Source: Candidatus Limnocylindrales bacterium
Lineage (GTDB): Bacteria > Patescibacteriota > Microgenomatia > Levybacterales > UBA12049
Length of the DNA: 64,000 nucleotides
Assembly (NCBI GenBank): GCA_035526025.1
Contig: DATLDE010000004.1
Span: 13,011 to 77,010 of the forward strand
Direction: 5' to 3'
Shown in pieces: positions 36,520 through 48,005 of the stretch. A program made the translations under genes and the position numbers. The notes beneath the pieces are model-generated. The model was given only the letters and a program-made list of their open reading frames with translations. It did no database searches and was not told where the DNA came from. Within the stretch, counting starts at the first letter, position 1, and each line of letters starts with the position of its first letter.

Positions 36520-37748
36520 TCAAAAAACCACAAAGCATCCAGACAATTTATCTCTATCTGGTTCTAGGTAACACGCTTGCTGCATCTTTTATTTGGGGGA
36601 TTAATACAATTTTTTTACTTGATGCAGGGCTTTCCAATTTTGAGGCATTTCTGGCAAATGCGTTTTTTACGGCTGGCATGGTTATATTTGAAGTTCCAAC
36701 TGGTGTAATAGCTGATACTTTTGGCAGGCGTGCTTCATATCTGTTGGGATGCATCACTCTTGCGACCTCAACTTTGCTTTATCTATACATGTGGCAAATA
36801 AAAGGGCCATTCTGGGGATGGGCAGTGTCTTCAATACTTTTGGGTCTTGGCTTCACATTTTTTTCAGGGGCGCTTGAAGCATGGCTTGTCGATGCACTCA
36901 AGGCAACAAATTTCAAAGGCACACTTGAAAGTGTATTTTCCAAAGGACAAATGGTAGGAGGTGCTGCGATGCTTACGGGCTCTATAGCAGGTGGTGTAAT
37001 CGCCCAATTTACCAATCTCGGTGTTCCCTACATCTTAAGAGCTGTTGTCCTATTACTAAACTTTGGGACAGCATTTTTCTTAATGCGTGATCTGGGTTTC
37101 ACTCCCAAAAAATCCAAAACTCCGCTGAAAGAGATGAAAAAAATATTTTCTCATTCAGTTAAACATGGGCTGGGAAATCCTCCCGTCCGCTGGATCATGA
37201 TAGCAGCACCTTTTGCAACAGGAGTGAGTTTTTATGTTTTTTATGCGCTTCAGCCATTCCTCCTCACTCTTTATGGTGATGAAAAAGCTTATTGGGTGGC
37301 AGGACTGGTCGCAGCACTTGTTGCCTGTGCCCAAGTTGCAGGAGGATACGCTGCGCCCCACATACGAAAAATATTCCGAAAAAGAACCAACGCTCTTTTG
37401 GCTGGCACAATTTTTACCTCTCTAATATTATTTCTAGTCGGATTTGTAAATAACTTCTTCATTGCTTTAATCCTAATTTTCGCGTGGGGGCTAATCTTTG
37501 CTGCAATTATGCCGATCCGTCAGGCATATCTAAACGGATTAATCCCATCCGAGCAAAGAGCTACAGTTCTCTCGTTTGATTCTCTCATGGGGTCATCTGG
37601 TGGAATTGTAATCCAGCCGATTTTGGGTCGGACCGCGGATGTCTGGAATTATTCAACTTCTTATGCAATCGCTGCAATCTTTCAGGCTGCAGCATTACCA
37701 TTTATATTACTAGCCAAACGAGAAAAGTCAAAATCAGATAATGCGTGA
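36516..37748 (+). CDS. MFS transporter
   Basis: 12 TM helices; conserved loop GVIADTFGRR (MFS motif A-like). Confidence 0.65.
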   Translation: MIKKPQSIQTIYLYLVLGNTLAASFIWGINTIFLLDAGLSNFEAFLANAFFTAGMVIFEVPTGVIADTFGRRASYLLGCITLATSTLLYLYMWQIKGPFWGWAVSSILLGLGFTFFSGALEAWLVDALKATNFKGTLESVFSKGQMVGGAAMLTGSIAGGVIAQFTNLGVPYILRAVVLLLNFGTAFFLMRDLGFTPKKSKTPLKEMKKIFSHSVKHGLGNPPVRWIMIAAPFATGVSFYVFYALQPFLLTLYGDEKAYWVAGLVAALVACAQVAGGYAAPHIRKIFRKRTNALLAGTIFTSLILFLVGFVNNFFIALILIFAWGLIFAAIMPIRQAYLNGLIPSEQRATVLSFDSLMGSSGGIVIQPILGRTADVWNYSTSYAIAAIFQAAALPFILLAKREKSKSDNA

Positions 37749-37832
37749 GATATATTCATGATTTTTTCAAATAACCCTCCTCTTTTTGCACTCCAAGCAC
37801 TTAATCTAAAATAAATTGTGTATACTATATTT

Positions 37833-39677
37833 ATGGCTGAACAACAAGTATTAGATCGTGATCCAACAAAGGCAAAGGAGCCAACAGCACAACCTGAACG
37901 CTCAAAGGATCGACCACAAAGTCCTGGGGCAAAAAATATTTTAGACCAAATCAGACGTGGCCGAAAAAGCGGTGAAGATCCTCATGATATTTTGATATCA
38001 ACTGCTGAAGGCGACAGGCCTAAACATCACAAACCAGCACGAGAAAAACCTTGGCATCCGCGTACTGCTACTAAAACCCCTGAGCCAAGACAACTCAATA
38101 CTGCAAGTGTTGAGCTAACAGCAAGGGAATGGAAATCTTTATCTTTTGATTTTGATACATATCTCCAAAAAAATTCACCTATAGCTAATGTTCTTGATTC
38201 CAAAACAGAAATAGCTGAAGGCCCAAATGAGCACTTGCTTGCAAAACAACAAGAGGCGATGGCAACCTGCCGTACGCTTATTGAAGCTTATATTGAGCAA
38301 GATCCAATAGGTGATTCAGGTACTTCAAAAGCAAAGCTCGCCGGGTTGGTGGAAAAGTTTGGGGCAAGCTATAAATTTACTGATCAACAAAAACACATAA
38401 CAAAAGATTTGGTGAATAAGTATTATGAGCACCGTCAAGATGCAGTGGATTTTCGGGCGAAATATAAAGATGATCGGGAACTTGTTCGTAAACTAACAGG
38501 ATTGAAAATCCCAGACAACGCAAAATTTGATATACATGTTGGCCCATGGGGGCTTGAGATTACCGCAGATAATGACTCTGTTCAAAATATTTTATACCGG
38601 GGAGAAACTCCACCTACAGATTTTTGTGCAGGCGGACTCGCAGACGTCAGCAATTTCCCTCCGTTTATAATCCTCAATAAAAATTTCTCTGATAAAAAAA
38701 CTCTTGCTCATGAAAGACAGCATGTCCGCTATGAGTTGGGCAAAAGAGTTCTTGAGCGCAATGGACAACCAAGAAATAGCAATCGAAATCCCGATTCAAA
38801 TAACCCTACAAGCGAAAATGATCGACTTGAAAGAGATCTCAGACAAGAAAGAAAAATTGCTTTCGATAGCTTAAAAGATGAAATCTTTGCATACTCCTTT
38901 AACGCAGATAAATTCCCTGTTGATTTGTTTGTCGGCAAAGATGGAAATCCATATGATTATTTGAAAAATCAAAGAGAATATGGTGCAAATCATCGTGATC
39001 CGCGCTACAGAGAAGCCTCCCAAAAAGTATTTGTTGATGAATATGATGCAATGGTTTCTTCAGCTGCAGCTGATTTTGCAACACTTATGGACACTGGCTA
39101 CTCCAAACAAACTGCAATTGCATTATTGGTTGACAAAACCCTAGAGGAATGGTCAACAACTACAGACCGACTATTAGAAATGAATGGTAAAAGTACGGAT
39201 ACCAGGCATAGAAAAGAAGAAATCACAGTTGGATCAGAAGGACCAATTATCTCATCGAATTCTCAAATAGTAGATGGTAGGTCTGTGAGAATAATTGACG
39301 TGGTCATAACAGAAGATGATAAAAAACCCAATTGGTACAAAGAAAGATCAATTACATCAGCAGATGGAAAACCTGCAAAGGACAAAAATACTACGACTGA
39401 AACTGATGATACGGATACTTCCCAAAGCGTTATTTTAACTACAATAAATAAAACCCTTTATGAAAAAACCCGTGATATAGCTAGCCGATTTATAACTGAC
39501 AAAGGTGGACTTGAACAATATTTCGCAATCCTTGATCAGGAAACACTAACAATCAGCAAAGCCTCCACTGATTCCCGACCTGACGAACAAAAACTTGAGG
39601 AAGCAAAAAATCGAGTTCTTTCACAACTGGAATCACATAGCAACAAACCACAGGAAACAACAGGGGATAATTCCTAA
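37833..39677 (+). CDS. large soluble hypothetical protein with zincin-like HExxH motif (TLAHERQHVRYELG)
   Basis: About 613 aa from the MAEQQ start (the track starts 5 codons earlier). Pro/Lys-rich disordered N-terminus; no signal peptide or TM. Confidence 0.4.
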   Translation: MAEQQVLDRDPTKAKEPTAQPERSKDRPQSPGAKNILDQIRRGRKSGEDPHDILISTAEGDRPKHHKPAREKPWHPRTATKTPEPRQLNTASVELTAREWKSLSFDFDTYLQKNSPIANVLDSKTEIAEGPNEHLLAKQQEAMATCRTLIEAYIEQDPIGDSGTSKAKLAGLVEKFGASYKFTDQQKHITKDLVNKYYEHRQDAVDFRAKYKDDRELVRKLTGLKIPDNAKFDIHVGPWGLEITADNDSVQNILYRGETPPTDFCAGGLADVSNFPPFIILNKNFSDKKTLAHERQHVRYELGKRVLERNGQPRNSNRNPDSNNPTSENDRLERDLRQERKIAFDSLKDEIFAYSFNADKFPVDLFVGKDGNPYDYLKNQREYGANHRDPRYREASQKVFVDEYDAMVSSAAADFATLMDTGYSKQTAIALLVDKTLEEWSTTTDRLLEMNGKSTDTRHRKEEITVGSEGPIISSNSQIVDGRSVRIIDVVITEDDKKPNWYKERSITSADGKPAKDKNTTTETDDTDTSQSVILTTINKTLYEKTRDIASRFITDKGGLEQYFAILDQETLTISKASTDSRPDEQKLEEAKNRVLSQLESHSNKPQETTGDNS

Positions 39678-39688
39678 ACTTACAAAAA

Positions 39689-40513
39689 TTATTTATTTTT
39701 AGTTTTTACTGGTTTTGATGAGGAAATAAAGTTAAATAATACCACCAGCAAAGTTAGGCTTGTGTGCATCAAGGGAAAGCCGGGAAGATTTAAAACCTCT
39801 TTTAAAAAATCTACAAAAAATCCAAGTGTTAAAGCGTACATTCCAACTTTGTATGATTCTCCATATTTTAAAGGTTTTTTTATTATCTTTAATAACAACC
39901 AAATTAATAGTGCAATAAACAGTAGGGATACTAGCATAAAAATATTAGACAGAAATACAAAGAACACAATTCCTGCTATCGCGAGGGGTGCAATCAACAT
40001 GAGCCATGGAGAAATTCTTGCAACAATTGAGTCGACGAATGTTTTATTAAGAGTAAAATCTTCAGCTTCTGACAAATCAATAGTTCTTAGCTGTCCCTGC
40101 TCATCCCCCTTAACAAAAATAGAATCTTTTGTTACCCATGCAACTGTTTTGTATTGATTAAACTGCGTTGTAGAAAAAGGTGTTTTTGTGTCTATCACAA
40201 TCAAGTTGCTCTTAGTTTTATCCTCAGGAATCGGTACAAAATATGGCTCTGTTGCATTGGTTGAGACCTTGCCATCCTTAATATTAATTGTAAGATCTGA
40301 GGGATAAATATTTACTGCATTTTTTGTGAACTTTTCAATTTCTTTCTGTCCAACTGTTATAAAATTCCAAACAGGAGCTATGGATCTCAAGACAGTAAAT
40401 AACAATGTTAATAGCAGGAAGTACTTAAGAGCAGTGCCGAAAGACTGCTTTGGAATTTTTTTGTAAAATTCCGGAGAATAAACACTATTCTGAACCTTCT
40501 TAAAGAAATCCAT
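39689..40513 (-). CDS. DUF1189 domain membrane protein
   Basis: MDFFKKVQNSVYSPEFYKKIPKQSFGTALKYFLLLTLLF N-terminus plus C-terminal TM helices are typical of DUF1189. Confidence 0.55.
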   Translation of the reverse strand: MDFFKKVQNSVYSPEFYKKIPKQSFGTALKYFLLLTLLFTVLRSIAPVWNFITVGQKEIEKFTKNAVNIYPSDLTINIKDGKVSTNATEPYFVPIPEDKTKSNLIVIDTKTPFSTTQFNQYKTVAWVTKDSIFVKGDEQGQLRTIDLSEAEDFTLNKTFVDSIVARISPWLMLIAPLAIAGIVFFVFLSNIFMLVSLLFIALLIWLLLKIIKKPLKYGESYKVGMYALTLGFFVDFLKEVLNLPGFPLMHTSLTLLVVLFNFISSSKPVKTKNK

Positions 40514-40620
40514 ATTAATAAATACAGATTAAGCGTATGCTTTTTGAGGAAAGTTGTCAATAAATGAAATTAAACGCCGTAATTTGACTTAATAGAGAAC
40601 TAATTGTAATCTTGTAACTG

Positions 40621-42159
40621 ATGAGCAGTTATATTCCTACAGATGACACGGATGAATCAGGAGTAGACAACGTAGCTCCTGCCGAGAATGGCCCAGGACA
40701 AGATGCAGCTAGTTTCTCAGCTGATGCTCAGAGAGCAAGATTCAGAGATTCTGTAAGCGGGTCTTCTGACTCCTCAACCAATAGTCCAAATTTACCTGGT
40801 GGACCATACAATCCGAGGCCAATGACTATTGAGGGTAAAACCTATGACCCATTTAACCCACCAAAACTATACCGAAATTCTGACGGGACTACAGAGTTTC
40901 GAGGTGGTAAGGTGGTAATTGAATCTCAAGGTACTCAATCTAAAAAGGATGGAGAGGCAAATAATGAAAAGATGGAATATAAAGAGATTGATGAACGTAT
41001 AAAAATTGCTGGTGCTTATCTTGCGAGACTCGATAAATATGCGGAGTCAGTCAAGGTAGATCCAGACACAGGAGCAATTGAATATACTAAACCTGAGCTA
41101 GATGAAATTACAGATCCCCAAGCTCTTGAGTACCAGCAAACATTTACACAACTTCTTGGTAGATTCAAAGAACCAAACACTAAGGCGTTGCAGATATTGC
41201 AAAATTCACAAGGGGTTCTTGATGTTAAAAATATAATGGGAGCTTTAGTTGTTACATATGATTCATCAAAAGCAACCCCAGATATACCCCAATTATTTCC
41301 ATCAGATACTTTTCCAAATGCTGAGGATTCAAAACGGGGACTTCATGAAGCTGCAACAGCTGAATATCTGGGACTTGCTATTGTTGATATTAACCAAGCC
41401 AAGCGTTCAGATGGTACATCTCCAACTGTATCTGCAATACATGAAATTCAGCACCACACCAGATCAATGTCTGATTATCTTATTACTCAAGACCCACAAC
41501 TTGATATGCAATCAGCCTTTGTATCAGGCAGAAATGTTGCTCTTTTTGGCGGAGGTAAAGATAGAATCACAACTGGTCAGTCTTATGTACATGATGCGAA
41601 AACCTATTCAGCGCTACTTAGTAGAGAATTTACTTATGCAGATGACTATCCAAATATTACTCGTCAGCAACAATATCTTGACGAGCTGCACTCATCTTAC
41701 TTACAAAAAAAACCAAACTGGTTTCATGCAGATGGCAATGTTTATGCAGGTAACAATCATGGTAAGCACTCGGAACTTGTTGGAAGTAACTCAACTGACA
41801 TAGATGCCACCAAGCAGATGCTTGGTTATCTTCAAGGATTTTATTCTGTTGATTTAATTCACAAAGCTTGGCAGGGAAAACTTACATCAAATCCTGATAG
41901 CCTTGGCCCTTCGCAGAAACAGCTTTTGGCAGAATTTCCTGATATCTATAGAGACGCTGGTGCTTTAATAGGTGCTGCTAGAACCGTACAGCAAGCGGAG
42001 AGACTCGTTGCGGGCAAGTGGGAGGAATTAAAAAGCAGATATCCTAGACTTCTGACGGAACAAGTATTTACTAACTTACTTAATAACTGGGAAAGTGGAC
42101 AAAATGGTCAGAAGGGTGCAGGAGTGGACAATTTAAGAAAAATACTTCTAGGGAATTAG
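40621..42159 (+). CDS. large soluble hypothetical protein with HExxH motif ([13 protein letters not shown])
   Basis: 512 aa; Ser/Gly/Asp-rich disordered N-terminus; no signal peptide. Shares architecture with 37833. Confidence 0.4.
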   Translation: MSSYIPTDDTDESGVDNVAPAENGPGQDAASFSADAQRARFRDSVSGSSDSSTNSPNLPGGPYNPRPMTIEGKTYDPFNPPKLYRNSDGTTEFRGGKVVIESQGTQSKKDGEANNEKMEYKEIDERIKIAGAYLARLDKYAESVKVDPDTGAIEYTKPELDEITDPQALEYQQTFTQLLGRFKEPNTKALQILQNSQGVLDVKNIMGALVVTYDSSKATPDIPQLFPSDTFPNAEDSKRGLHEAATAEYLGLAIVDINQAKRSDGTSPTVSAIHEIQHHTRSMSDYLITQDPQLDMQSAFVSGRNVALFGGGKDRITTGQSYVHDAKTYSALLSREFTYADDYPNITRQQQYLDELHSSYLQKKPNWFHADGNVYAGNNHGKHSELVGSNSTDIDATKQMLGYLQGFYSVDLIHKAWQGKLTSNPDSLGPSQKQLLAEFPDIYRDAGALIGAARTVQQAERLVAGKWEELKSRYPRLLTEQVFTNLLNNWESGQNGQKGAGVDNLRKILLGN

Positions 42160-43238
42160 ACTAAATAGTCCCGTAATTTATTTCCTCTACTTGGGTGGCG
42201 GAGTTTTCGAAGAGCCTTTGCCTCAATTTGACGGATTCTCTCACGCGTTACTTGAAACATCCTTCCAACTTCTTCAAGAGTCTTTGGTCTTCCATCATCC
42301 AGCCCAAACCTTTCCTTCAATACGCGTCTTTCGCGATCTGATAAAGTTCCGAGAACCTGATCAACTTGCTCTTTCAAAAGCTCTCTACTCGCTGAGTCAA
42401 ATAGAGTAGGCGCTGAACTATCGCTGATAAAGTCGCCTAGACGTGAATCTTCCTCATCTCCAACTGGTGCTTCAAGAGATGCCGGGTTTTGTGAGATCTT
42501 GATGATTTCAAGGGCTTTATCAGGCTCAATTCCAAGAACCTTTGCCACTTCCTCTGGAGTTGGCTCACGGCCCAATTCCTGCATAAGTTTTCTTTGGGAG
42601 CGCAAAAACCTGTTGATATTCTCAACCATATGTACTGGGATTCGGATAGTTCTGGCTTGATCTGCTATCGCACGTGTCACTGATTGGCGGATCCACCATG
42701 TTGCATAAGTTGAAAATTTAAATCCCCGTCTCCAATCATATTTCTCAACTGCACGGATCAACCCTTGATTTCCTTCCTGGATAAGATCAAGAAGAGTCAG
42801 ACCACGACCAATGTATTTCTTGGCAATTGAAACAACCAATCTTAAATTGGAATTGATAAGTTTTTTCTTTGCAGCAACTTCACTCTTTTCAACTCTTTTT
42901 GCAAGATCGATTTCCTGCTCAAAAGTCAGAAGAGGAATACGCCCAATTTCCTTAAGATACATCCGAACAGGATCAGAAACTGACCCTTCAGTAAGAACTG
43001 TTAATGCTTCGAGCTCTTTTGCCAAATCCTCAATTGGTTTCTGAGCGTCCTGATGCTGTGCAACTGACTCAAAAACGTCAATATTTGAGCGCATTAGCTT
43101 GTCATAAAGAGCATCCAAATCTTCTATGTGATTTTCAGGTTGGGCATAAATTGCCAGAATCTCGTCTTGTGTTATGTATCCACGTTTTTTGGCACTGGCT
43201 ACTACTTCTGTGAGAATAGGGGCTAGCTTATAAGACAT
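42156..43238 (-). CDS. rpoD: RNA polymerase sigma factor RpoD/SigA (sigma-70)
   Basis: Regions 2-4 conserved: [45 protein letters not shown]. Confidence 0.9.
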   Translation of the reverse strand: MSYKLAPILTEVVASAKKRGYITQDEILAIYAQPENHIEDLDALYDKLMRSNIDVFESVAQHQDAQKPIEDLAKELEALTVLTEGSVSDPVRMYLKEIGRIPLLTFEQEIDLAKRVEKSEVAAKKKLINSNLRLVVSIAKKYIGRGLTLLDLIQEGNQGLIRAVEKYDWRRGFKFSTYATWWIRQSVTRAIADQARTIRIPVHMVENINRFLRSQRKLMQELGREPTPEEVAKVLGIEPDKALEIIKISQNPASLEAPVGDEEDSRLGDFISDSSAPTLFDSASRELLKEQVDQVLGTLSDRERRVLKERFGLDDGRPKTLEEVGRMFQVTRERIRQIEAKALRKLRHPSRGNKLRDYLV

Positions 43239-43267
43239 AGGCTATATTTTAGCACATTTTAGTAAAA

Positions 43268-45049
43268 TCAGGAAGCCTGGAGATGCGATGCTAAATCAGA
43301 ATACTTTTTTTGTAATTCTTCCACTTCTCCACCTGTCTTTTCAGCTTCTTTAATCTCCAGAACAAGTTTTTTCATTTTCTCCTGAATGTATACTATTTTT
43401 AACTTTTGGGATATTTTTTCCACTTCATTTAGTAGTTTTTCCTCGTCATCAAAAGGCGGAAGAGGGAATAATACGCTTGTATCAAATGTGGGAAGGAGTT
43501 CTTTGGGAAGCCCATCTGCAAATTTTTTCCCGTCAAAATGTTCCGTACTCTCAAAATGAAATAATAAGTGATCCATTATTTTGTGGTATGCACGATCTCG
43601 TGAAATGGTATCTGAAAGAGTTTCAATTACTTTCTTTAGAGCATTCTTGGGTTTTTCTGATTGAGTGATTAGTGCCAATAGATATTCTTCAAGAACCTCT
43701 TCTTTCGACCTCTTTGCTTTGACAGCTGTTGCTGGTACAATCTCTTCCTGTCTATTGCTCAGTCGCTCTATTTCTTTTGAGATACTTTCATAAGAGGTAT
43801 CGAGTGAATCAGCAATTTTTCTCAAATAGTGTTCTTTAATAATCTCATTTGATATTTGAGCGATAAATGGCAGAAGAACGTCGCCTACTTTTTTCTTTCC
43901 CTCAGCTGAGCTGATATCTACAGACTCCAATGTATGCTTGAGCAAGTAATCATACACAGAAATATCTTCTTTTACAGCTTTTTTAAAAGCAGCGGGATTA
44001 TCACTTATTGCCTCATCAGGATCTTTTTGACCTGGTATTTCTATAACTGTTGGAGACAGGCCTTTCTTCTCGACAACCACTAGGCTTCTTTTAATTGCCT
44101 CTTGCCCTGCTTTATCAGCATCAAAGCAAAATGTAATTTTTTTAGTAAATCTTCCCAGAAGATTTACCTGCGAATCAGTTAATGCAGTTCCTTTAACTGC
44201 AACTACATTACTTACTCCATTTTGAAAACATGAAAGTACATCAAATTCTCCTTCTACGATTATCGCCTGCGCCTCACGCCGTATCGCGTCTTTAGTGATA
44301 TTCAAGCCATACACATGGTCTCCTTTATGATAGATCAAGGTCTCACGAGTGTTTACATATTTAGAGGACATATCAGAACTATCCAAAATTCTTCCTGAAA
44401 ATCCAACGACATTATCACGATGATCAATGAGGGGGAACATAAGTCTTCCACGCAAAAAGTCCATAACGTCCCGTCCTCTTTGAAAGGCAAGGCCTGCATC
44501 AATTACTTCTTCTTTATCAAATCTTTTTTTATCAATTAGGTATTTGCTGAGTGCATTACCCATAGGGGGTGAAAACCCAAGCGAAAAAGTTTCGATTATC
44601 TTAATGGATATCCCTCTGTTAGATAAGTAATTACGTGCTTTTTCCCCAGCTTTGTGCTTGGTCAACACGTAGTGATAATACTCTTTTGAGAGGCTGTTTA
44701 ATTGATAAAGACGCTCTTTTTTTGACTGATCACCGCTTCCAAAATCACGATTGAGTAGTTCAATGCCCGCTCTCTTTGCCAAGGTGCGAAGTGCTTCAGA
44801 AAATTCGAGCTTTTCATACTCAATAAGAAATTGATATACATCCCCACCCTTATTGCATCCACCAAAGCAATGCCAGATCTGTCTCTCAGGAGAGATTACA
44901 AATGATGGAGTTTTCTCGCTGTGAAAGGGGCAAAGGGCTTTAAAATTTCGCCCTGCTTTTTTGAGTGTTAAGTATTCTGATAGTAGATCGACAATATCGA
45001 CTTTTTCCCTGATTTGAGCGACCTGGTCCATTTGGGCTAATTGTAGCAT
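43268..45049 (-). CDS. dnaG: DNA primase DnaG
   Basis: CHC2 zinc finger (CPFHSEKTPSF...HCFGGCNKGGDVYQF), TOPRIM (IIVEGEFDVLS...DAD). The conserved N-terminus starts at the internal MDQVAQ (45031). Sits upstream of rpoD in the classic operon. Confidence 0.85.
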   Translation of the reverse strand: MLQLAQMDQVAQIREKVDIVDLLSEYLTLKKAGRNFKALCPFHSEKTPSFVISPERQIWHCFGGCNKGGDVYQFLIEYEKLEFSEALRTLAKRAGIELLNRDFGSGDQSKKERLYQLNSLSKEYYHYVLTKHKAGEKARNYLSNRGISIKIIETFSLGFSPPMGNALSKYLIDKKRFDKEEVIDAGLAFQRGRDVMDFLRGRLMFPLIDHRDNVVGFSGRILDSSDMSSKYVNTRETLIYHKGDHVYGLNITKDAIRREAQAIIVEGEFDVLSCFQNGVSNVVAVKGTALTDSQVNLLGRFTKKITFCFDADKAGQEAIKRSLVVVEKKGLSPTVIEIPGQKDPDEAISDNPAAFKKAVKEDISVYDYLLKHTLESVDISSAEGKKKVGDVLLPFIAQISNEIIKEHYLRKIADSLDTSYESISKEIERLSNRQEEIVPATAVKAKRSKEEVLEEYLLALITQSEKPKNALKKVIETLSDTISRDRAYHKIMDHLLFHFESTEHFDGKKFADGLPKELLPTFDTSVLFPLPPFDDEEKLLNEVEKISQKLKIVYIQEKMKKLVLEIKEAEKTGGEVEELQKKYSDLASHLQAS

Positions 45050-45096
45050 AGGAAATGTTGCAATTCCTAGTAAATAGGGTATAATCGCAAGTTATC

Positions 45097-45606
45097 ATGC
45101 ATGAATTGACCAGAGGAAGAAATTTTGAACCGAGTAGCCGAAAAATTATTTTGCCAGAAGATGTTGGCCAGATTCGAAAAGGCTTAAAAGGAAAAAAAAT
45201 TATTGTTGCAAGTGGAGTATTTGATTTTCTTCATCCCGGCCACGTTTCTCATCTTGAGGAAGCGAAAGCACAAGGAGATTTATTGTTTGTTGGCATTGCC
45301 TCAAATGAAATTGTGAGAGCAAAAAAAGGTGAGGATAGACCTATTCAGGATCAAGAAGCCAGAGCAAAAGTCATGGCAGCTCAAGGCTGCGTTGATTACG
45401 TAGTTCCAATGTCAATTGCGCCCGATGCATCATTCCTCGAACTTATTACTCCACATGTCTGGGCAAGAGGACTAGATCACAACTGGGAAGATATTGATCC
45501 TAAAACCAAGTTAGTCATAGTGACCAATAATATATCAGTAATTAGCACTGGTGGGGACTCATATCGAAGCACTGAAATAATTGAGAAAATAAAGGAGGGT
45601 AGATAA
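45097..45606 (+). CDS. cytidylyltransferase-like nucleotidyltransferase (RfaE domain II/TagD-like)
   Basis: VASGVFDFLHPGHVSHLEEAK carries the (H/T)xGH nucleotidyltransferase motif; 169 aa. Confidence 0.6.
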   Translation: MHELTRGRNFEPSSRKIILPEDVGQIRKGLKGKKIIVASGVFDFLHPGHVSHLEEAKAQGDLLFVGIASNEIVRAKKGEDRPIQDQEARAKVMAAQGCVDYVVPMSIAPDASFLELITPHVWARGLDHNWEDIDPKTKLVIVTNNISVISTGGDSYRSTEIIEKIKEGR

Positions 45607-45829
45607 ACAAAAAAGCCTGCTTTTGACAGACTTTTTTGTTGATTTATATAGATTTCTTGTTTTTACACTTTCGATCTATACTCCTCTGATTCTACCCTTT
45701 GTCCCGCAAAATTAAGCTTCTAGAACACTTAACCTTTTGGCAAGTTAAACTGATGCGCATCAGCCAACACTTATAGCGTAATATTTTCAATAGGGGTTTG
45801 TCAATAGCCCCACTAAATTTGCTTAACGC

Positions 45830-46594
45830 TTGAATATCATATATTTATTCGTGCTACAATTATTTTACATGGGAAATTTGCTGTTCAATAAAATACGTCT
45901 AAGCTGGTATTTTGATATTTTCCTTATCATATTTTTGGTTTTAGCATTTAATCTTCCAAAAATCACATTTCAGGGAGGAGCCCTCACTCTTTTTTCTGTA
46001 AATTCATTCTTATACGGGTTTTATTTGGCTCCCATTCTTACCGCTCAAAAGACACGTATAGAGGATCTCCATAGGGCTGTACGGAGTGAGGCAAGCGCAA
46101 TATTTGGAATGATGCTTCACCTTAAAAAACTTCCTGAAAAATTGCGAAACGAACTTCAATCTGATATGGAACTCTACATTAAAAAGATTCTAACCGAGAG
46201 AAAAGCTGGTCAAGGTGAAAAAGAATATGAAAAGTTGATAAGTTATTGCTTAAAGTATAAAGGCCCGCATCAGATAGCGATTGATCAGCTACTTGATAGG
46301 CTGATAGCAAATGAACAAAATAGAACTCAATTTTCTATGCTTCTGAGTAGCAAAGTTTTTTCTCATGAATGGATGGTAATTATGGTACTATTCTTTATCA
46401 CAATTGGATTTGTGCTGGTTATTAAGGGTGGTGAACATTTTGCATTTAATTTTGTAACGGCATTATTGTGCACTGGGCTCAGTATGCTACTAATTATTCT
46501 GGCTAAATTAAGCAACCTAACACATAAAAGAGCAAAACAGATTTGGGAACCATACGAAAAACTACTGAAGACTCACTTCTATAGAATAGACTAA
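45830..46594 (+). CDS. hypothetical membrane protein
   Basis: ORF with N- and C-terminal TM helices flanking a helical soluble region. Confidence 0.3.
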   Translation: MNIIYLFVLQLFYMGNLLFNKIRLSWYFDIFLIIFLVLAFNLPKITFQGGALTLFSVNSFLYGFYLAPILTAQKTRIEDLHRAVRSEASAIFGMMLHLKKLPEKLRNELQSDMELYIKKILTERKAGQGEKEYEKLISYCLKYKGPHQIAIDQLLDRLIANEQNRTQFSMLLSSKVFSHEWMVIMVLFFITIGFVLVIKGGEHFAFNFVTALLCTGLSMLLIILAKLSNLTHKRAKQIWEPYEKLLKTHFYRID

Positions 46595-46595
46595 T

Positions 46596-47984
46596 TTACT
46601 CAACAATACTGCAGGCGATTTTAATTCCTTCTGAATATGTAGGATACGCATGAATCATTTCAGCTAATTCACTGGCTTTAACTCTGCACTGTATGGCGAG
46701 TGCGATTTCATGAATCATCTCGCCCGCACGGGATGCAACAATTGATCCGCCAATTATTACACCGTTTTCATCAGTTATAACTTTTACAAACCCATCCATA
46801 TCATTTGCAGTATTGGATCTACCCAATATGCCCATCGCCATAATCCCTTTTTTAATTTTTATTCCTTTTGCAATTGCATCATCTTCAGAAATTCCAACAG
46901 ATGCAACTTCTGGGAAAACAAAAACACATCTTGGAACTACAGAATATTTTGGACTTATTTTTTTAGTTGAAAATGCGTTATGCGCTGCTATATAACTTTG
47001 ATAATTTCCTGTATGGGTAAAGAGATATGGTCCGACAACGTCACCTGCTGCGAAAATATGTGGATTACTTGTCTGAAGAAATTCATTTACTTTAACTCTG
47101 CCTTTTTCAGTTATGACTCCAGCCTTTTCAGGAGCAAAGTTAAGCGATGGTACTTTTCCTGTTGCAATCAATATTTCTTCAAACTCTCCAAAATATTGCT
47201 TGTCATCTTTTTGGAAGTGAACAACTTTTTTACCGTCGTGTTTCTCTACTTTGACAACACCTGTACCGGTAAGAACAGTTATTCCCCGGTTTTCAAAAAG
47301 AGCTTTGACCAGCTCACTCACTTCCTTATCTTCCTTACCCAATATCCGGTCAGATCTATTCACAATAGTTACTTTTGTACCAAATGTTGAAAAGATCTGG
47401 GCAAATTCACATCCCACTGCACCGGCCCCAAAGATCAGAAGAGATGCTGGTGGCTTAGTCAGATCCACTGCTTCTTTATAAGTTATATACCCAACTTCTG
47501 ATAATCCGGTGATCGGTGGTATAAAAACATCAGATCCTGATCCTACGACAAATTTAGCTGCTGAGTATATCTTCCCTCCTGCTTCGACTTCGTTTGAGGA
47601 GACAAATACTGCTTTATGCTGGATTACTTCTATCCCGTCTTTTGCAAAAGCCTCGTGTCCCTCGTGCGCGCCTGTTCTTGTGACCACAAGATCCTTCCAC
47701 CTTTTAACTGCGTGATAATTAACACCCGTGTGAGATACTTCTATTCCATATTGTTTGGCATGTTTTGTAGTCTCATAAACATGAGCTGCGTGAAGCAGGG
47801 CTTTTGTTGGAACACAGGCAAAGTTGGGACATTCACCACCTATTGCGCCTTTTTCAAAAATAATTACTTTTTTACCAAGCGACTTTGCATGATGCGCTGC
47901 TACAGCACCTCCAGCACCTGATCCGATTACAATGAGATCATAATCATAGTTGTGTGCAGAATCTTTTTTCTTAAAGGGCAGCAT
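46596..47984 (-). CDS. class I pyridine nucleotide-disulfide oxidoreductase (dihydrolipoyl dehydrogenase-like)
   Basis: FAD motif DLIVIGSGAGG, redox CxxxxC (GGECPNFACVPTK), NAD motif, C-terminal dimerisation domain with HAYPTYSE. Confidence 0.75.
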   Translation of the reverse strand: MLPFKKKDSAHNYDYDLIVIGSGAGGAVAAHHAKSLGKKVIIFEKGAIGGECPNFACVPTKALLHAAHVYETTKHAKQYGIEVSHTGVNYHAVKRWKDLVVTRTGAHEGHEAFAKDGIEVIQHKAVFVSSNEVEAGGKIYSAAKFVVGSGSDVFIPPITGLSEVGYITYKEAVDLTKPPASLLIFGAGAVGCEFAQIFSTFGTKVTIVNRSDRILGKEDKEVSELVKALFENRGITVLTGTGVVKVEKHDGKKVVHFQKDDKQYFGEFEEILIATGKVPSLNFAPEKAGVITEKGRVKVNEFLQTSNPHIFAAGDVVGPYLFTHTGNYQSYIAAHNAFSTKKISPKYSVVPRCVFVFPEVASVGISEDDAIAKGIKIKKGIMAMGILGRSNTANDMDGFVKVITDENGVIIGGSIVASRAGEMIHEIALAIQCRVKASELAEMIHAYPTYSEGIKIACSIVE

Positions 47985-48005
47985 AGGATAAGTATAGCAA
48001 AAAAC

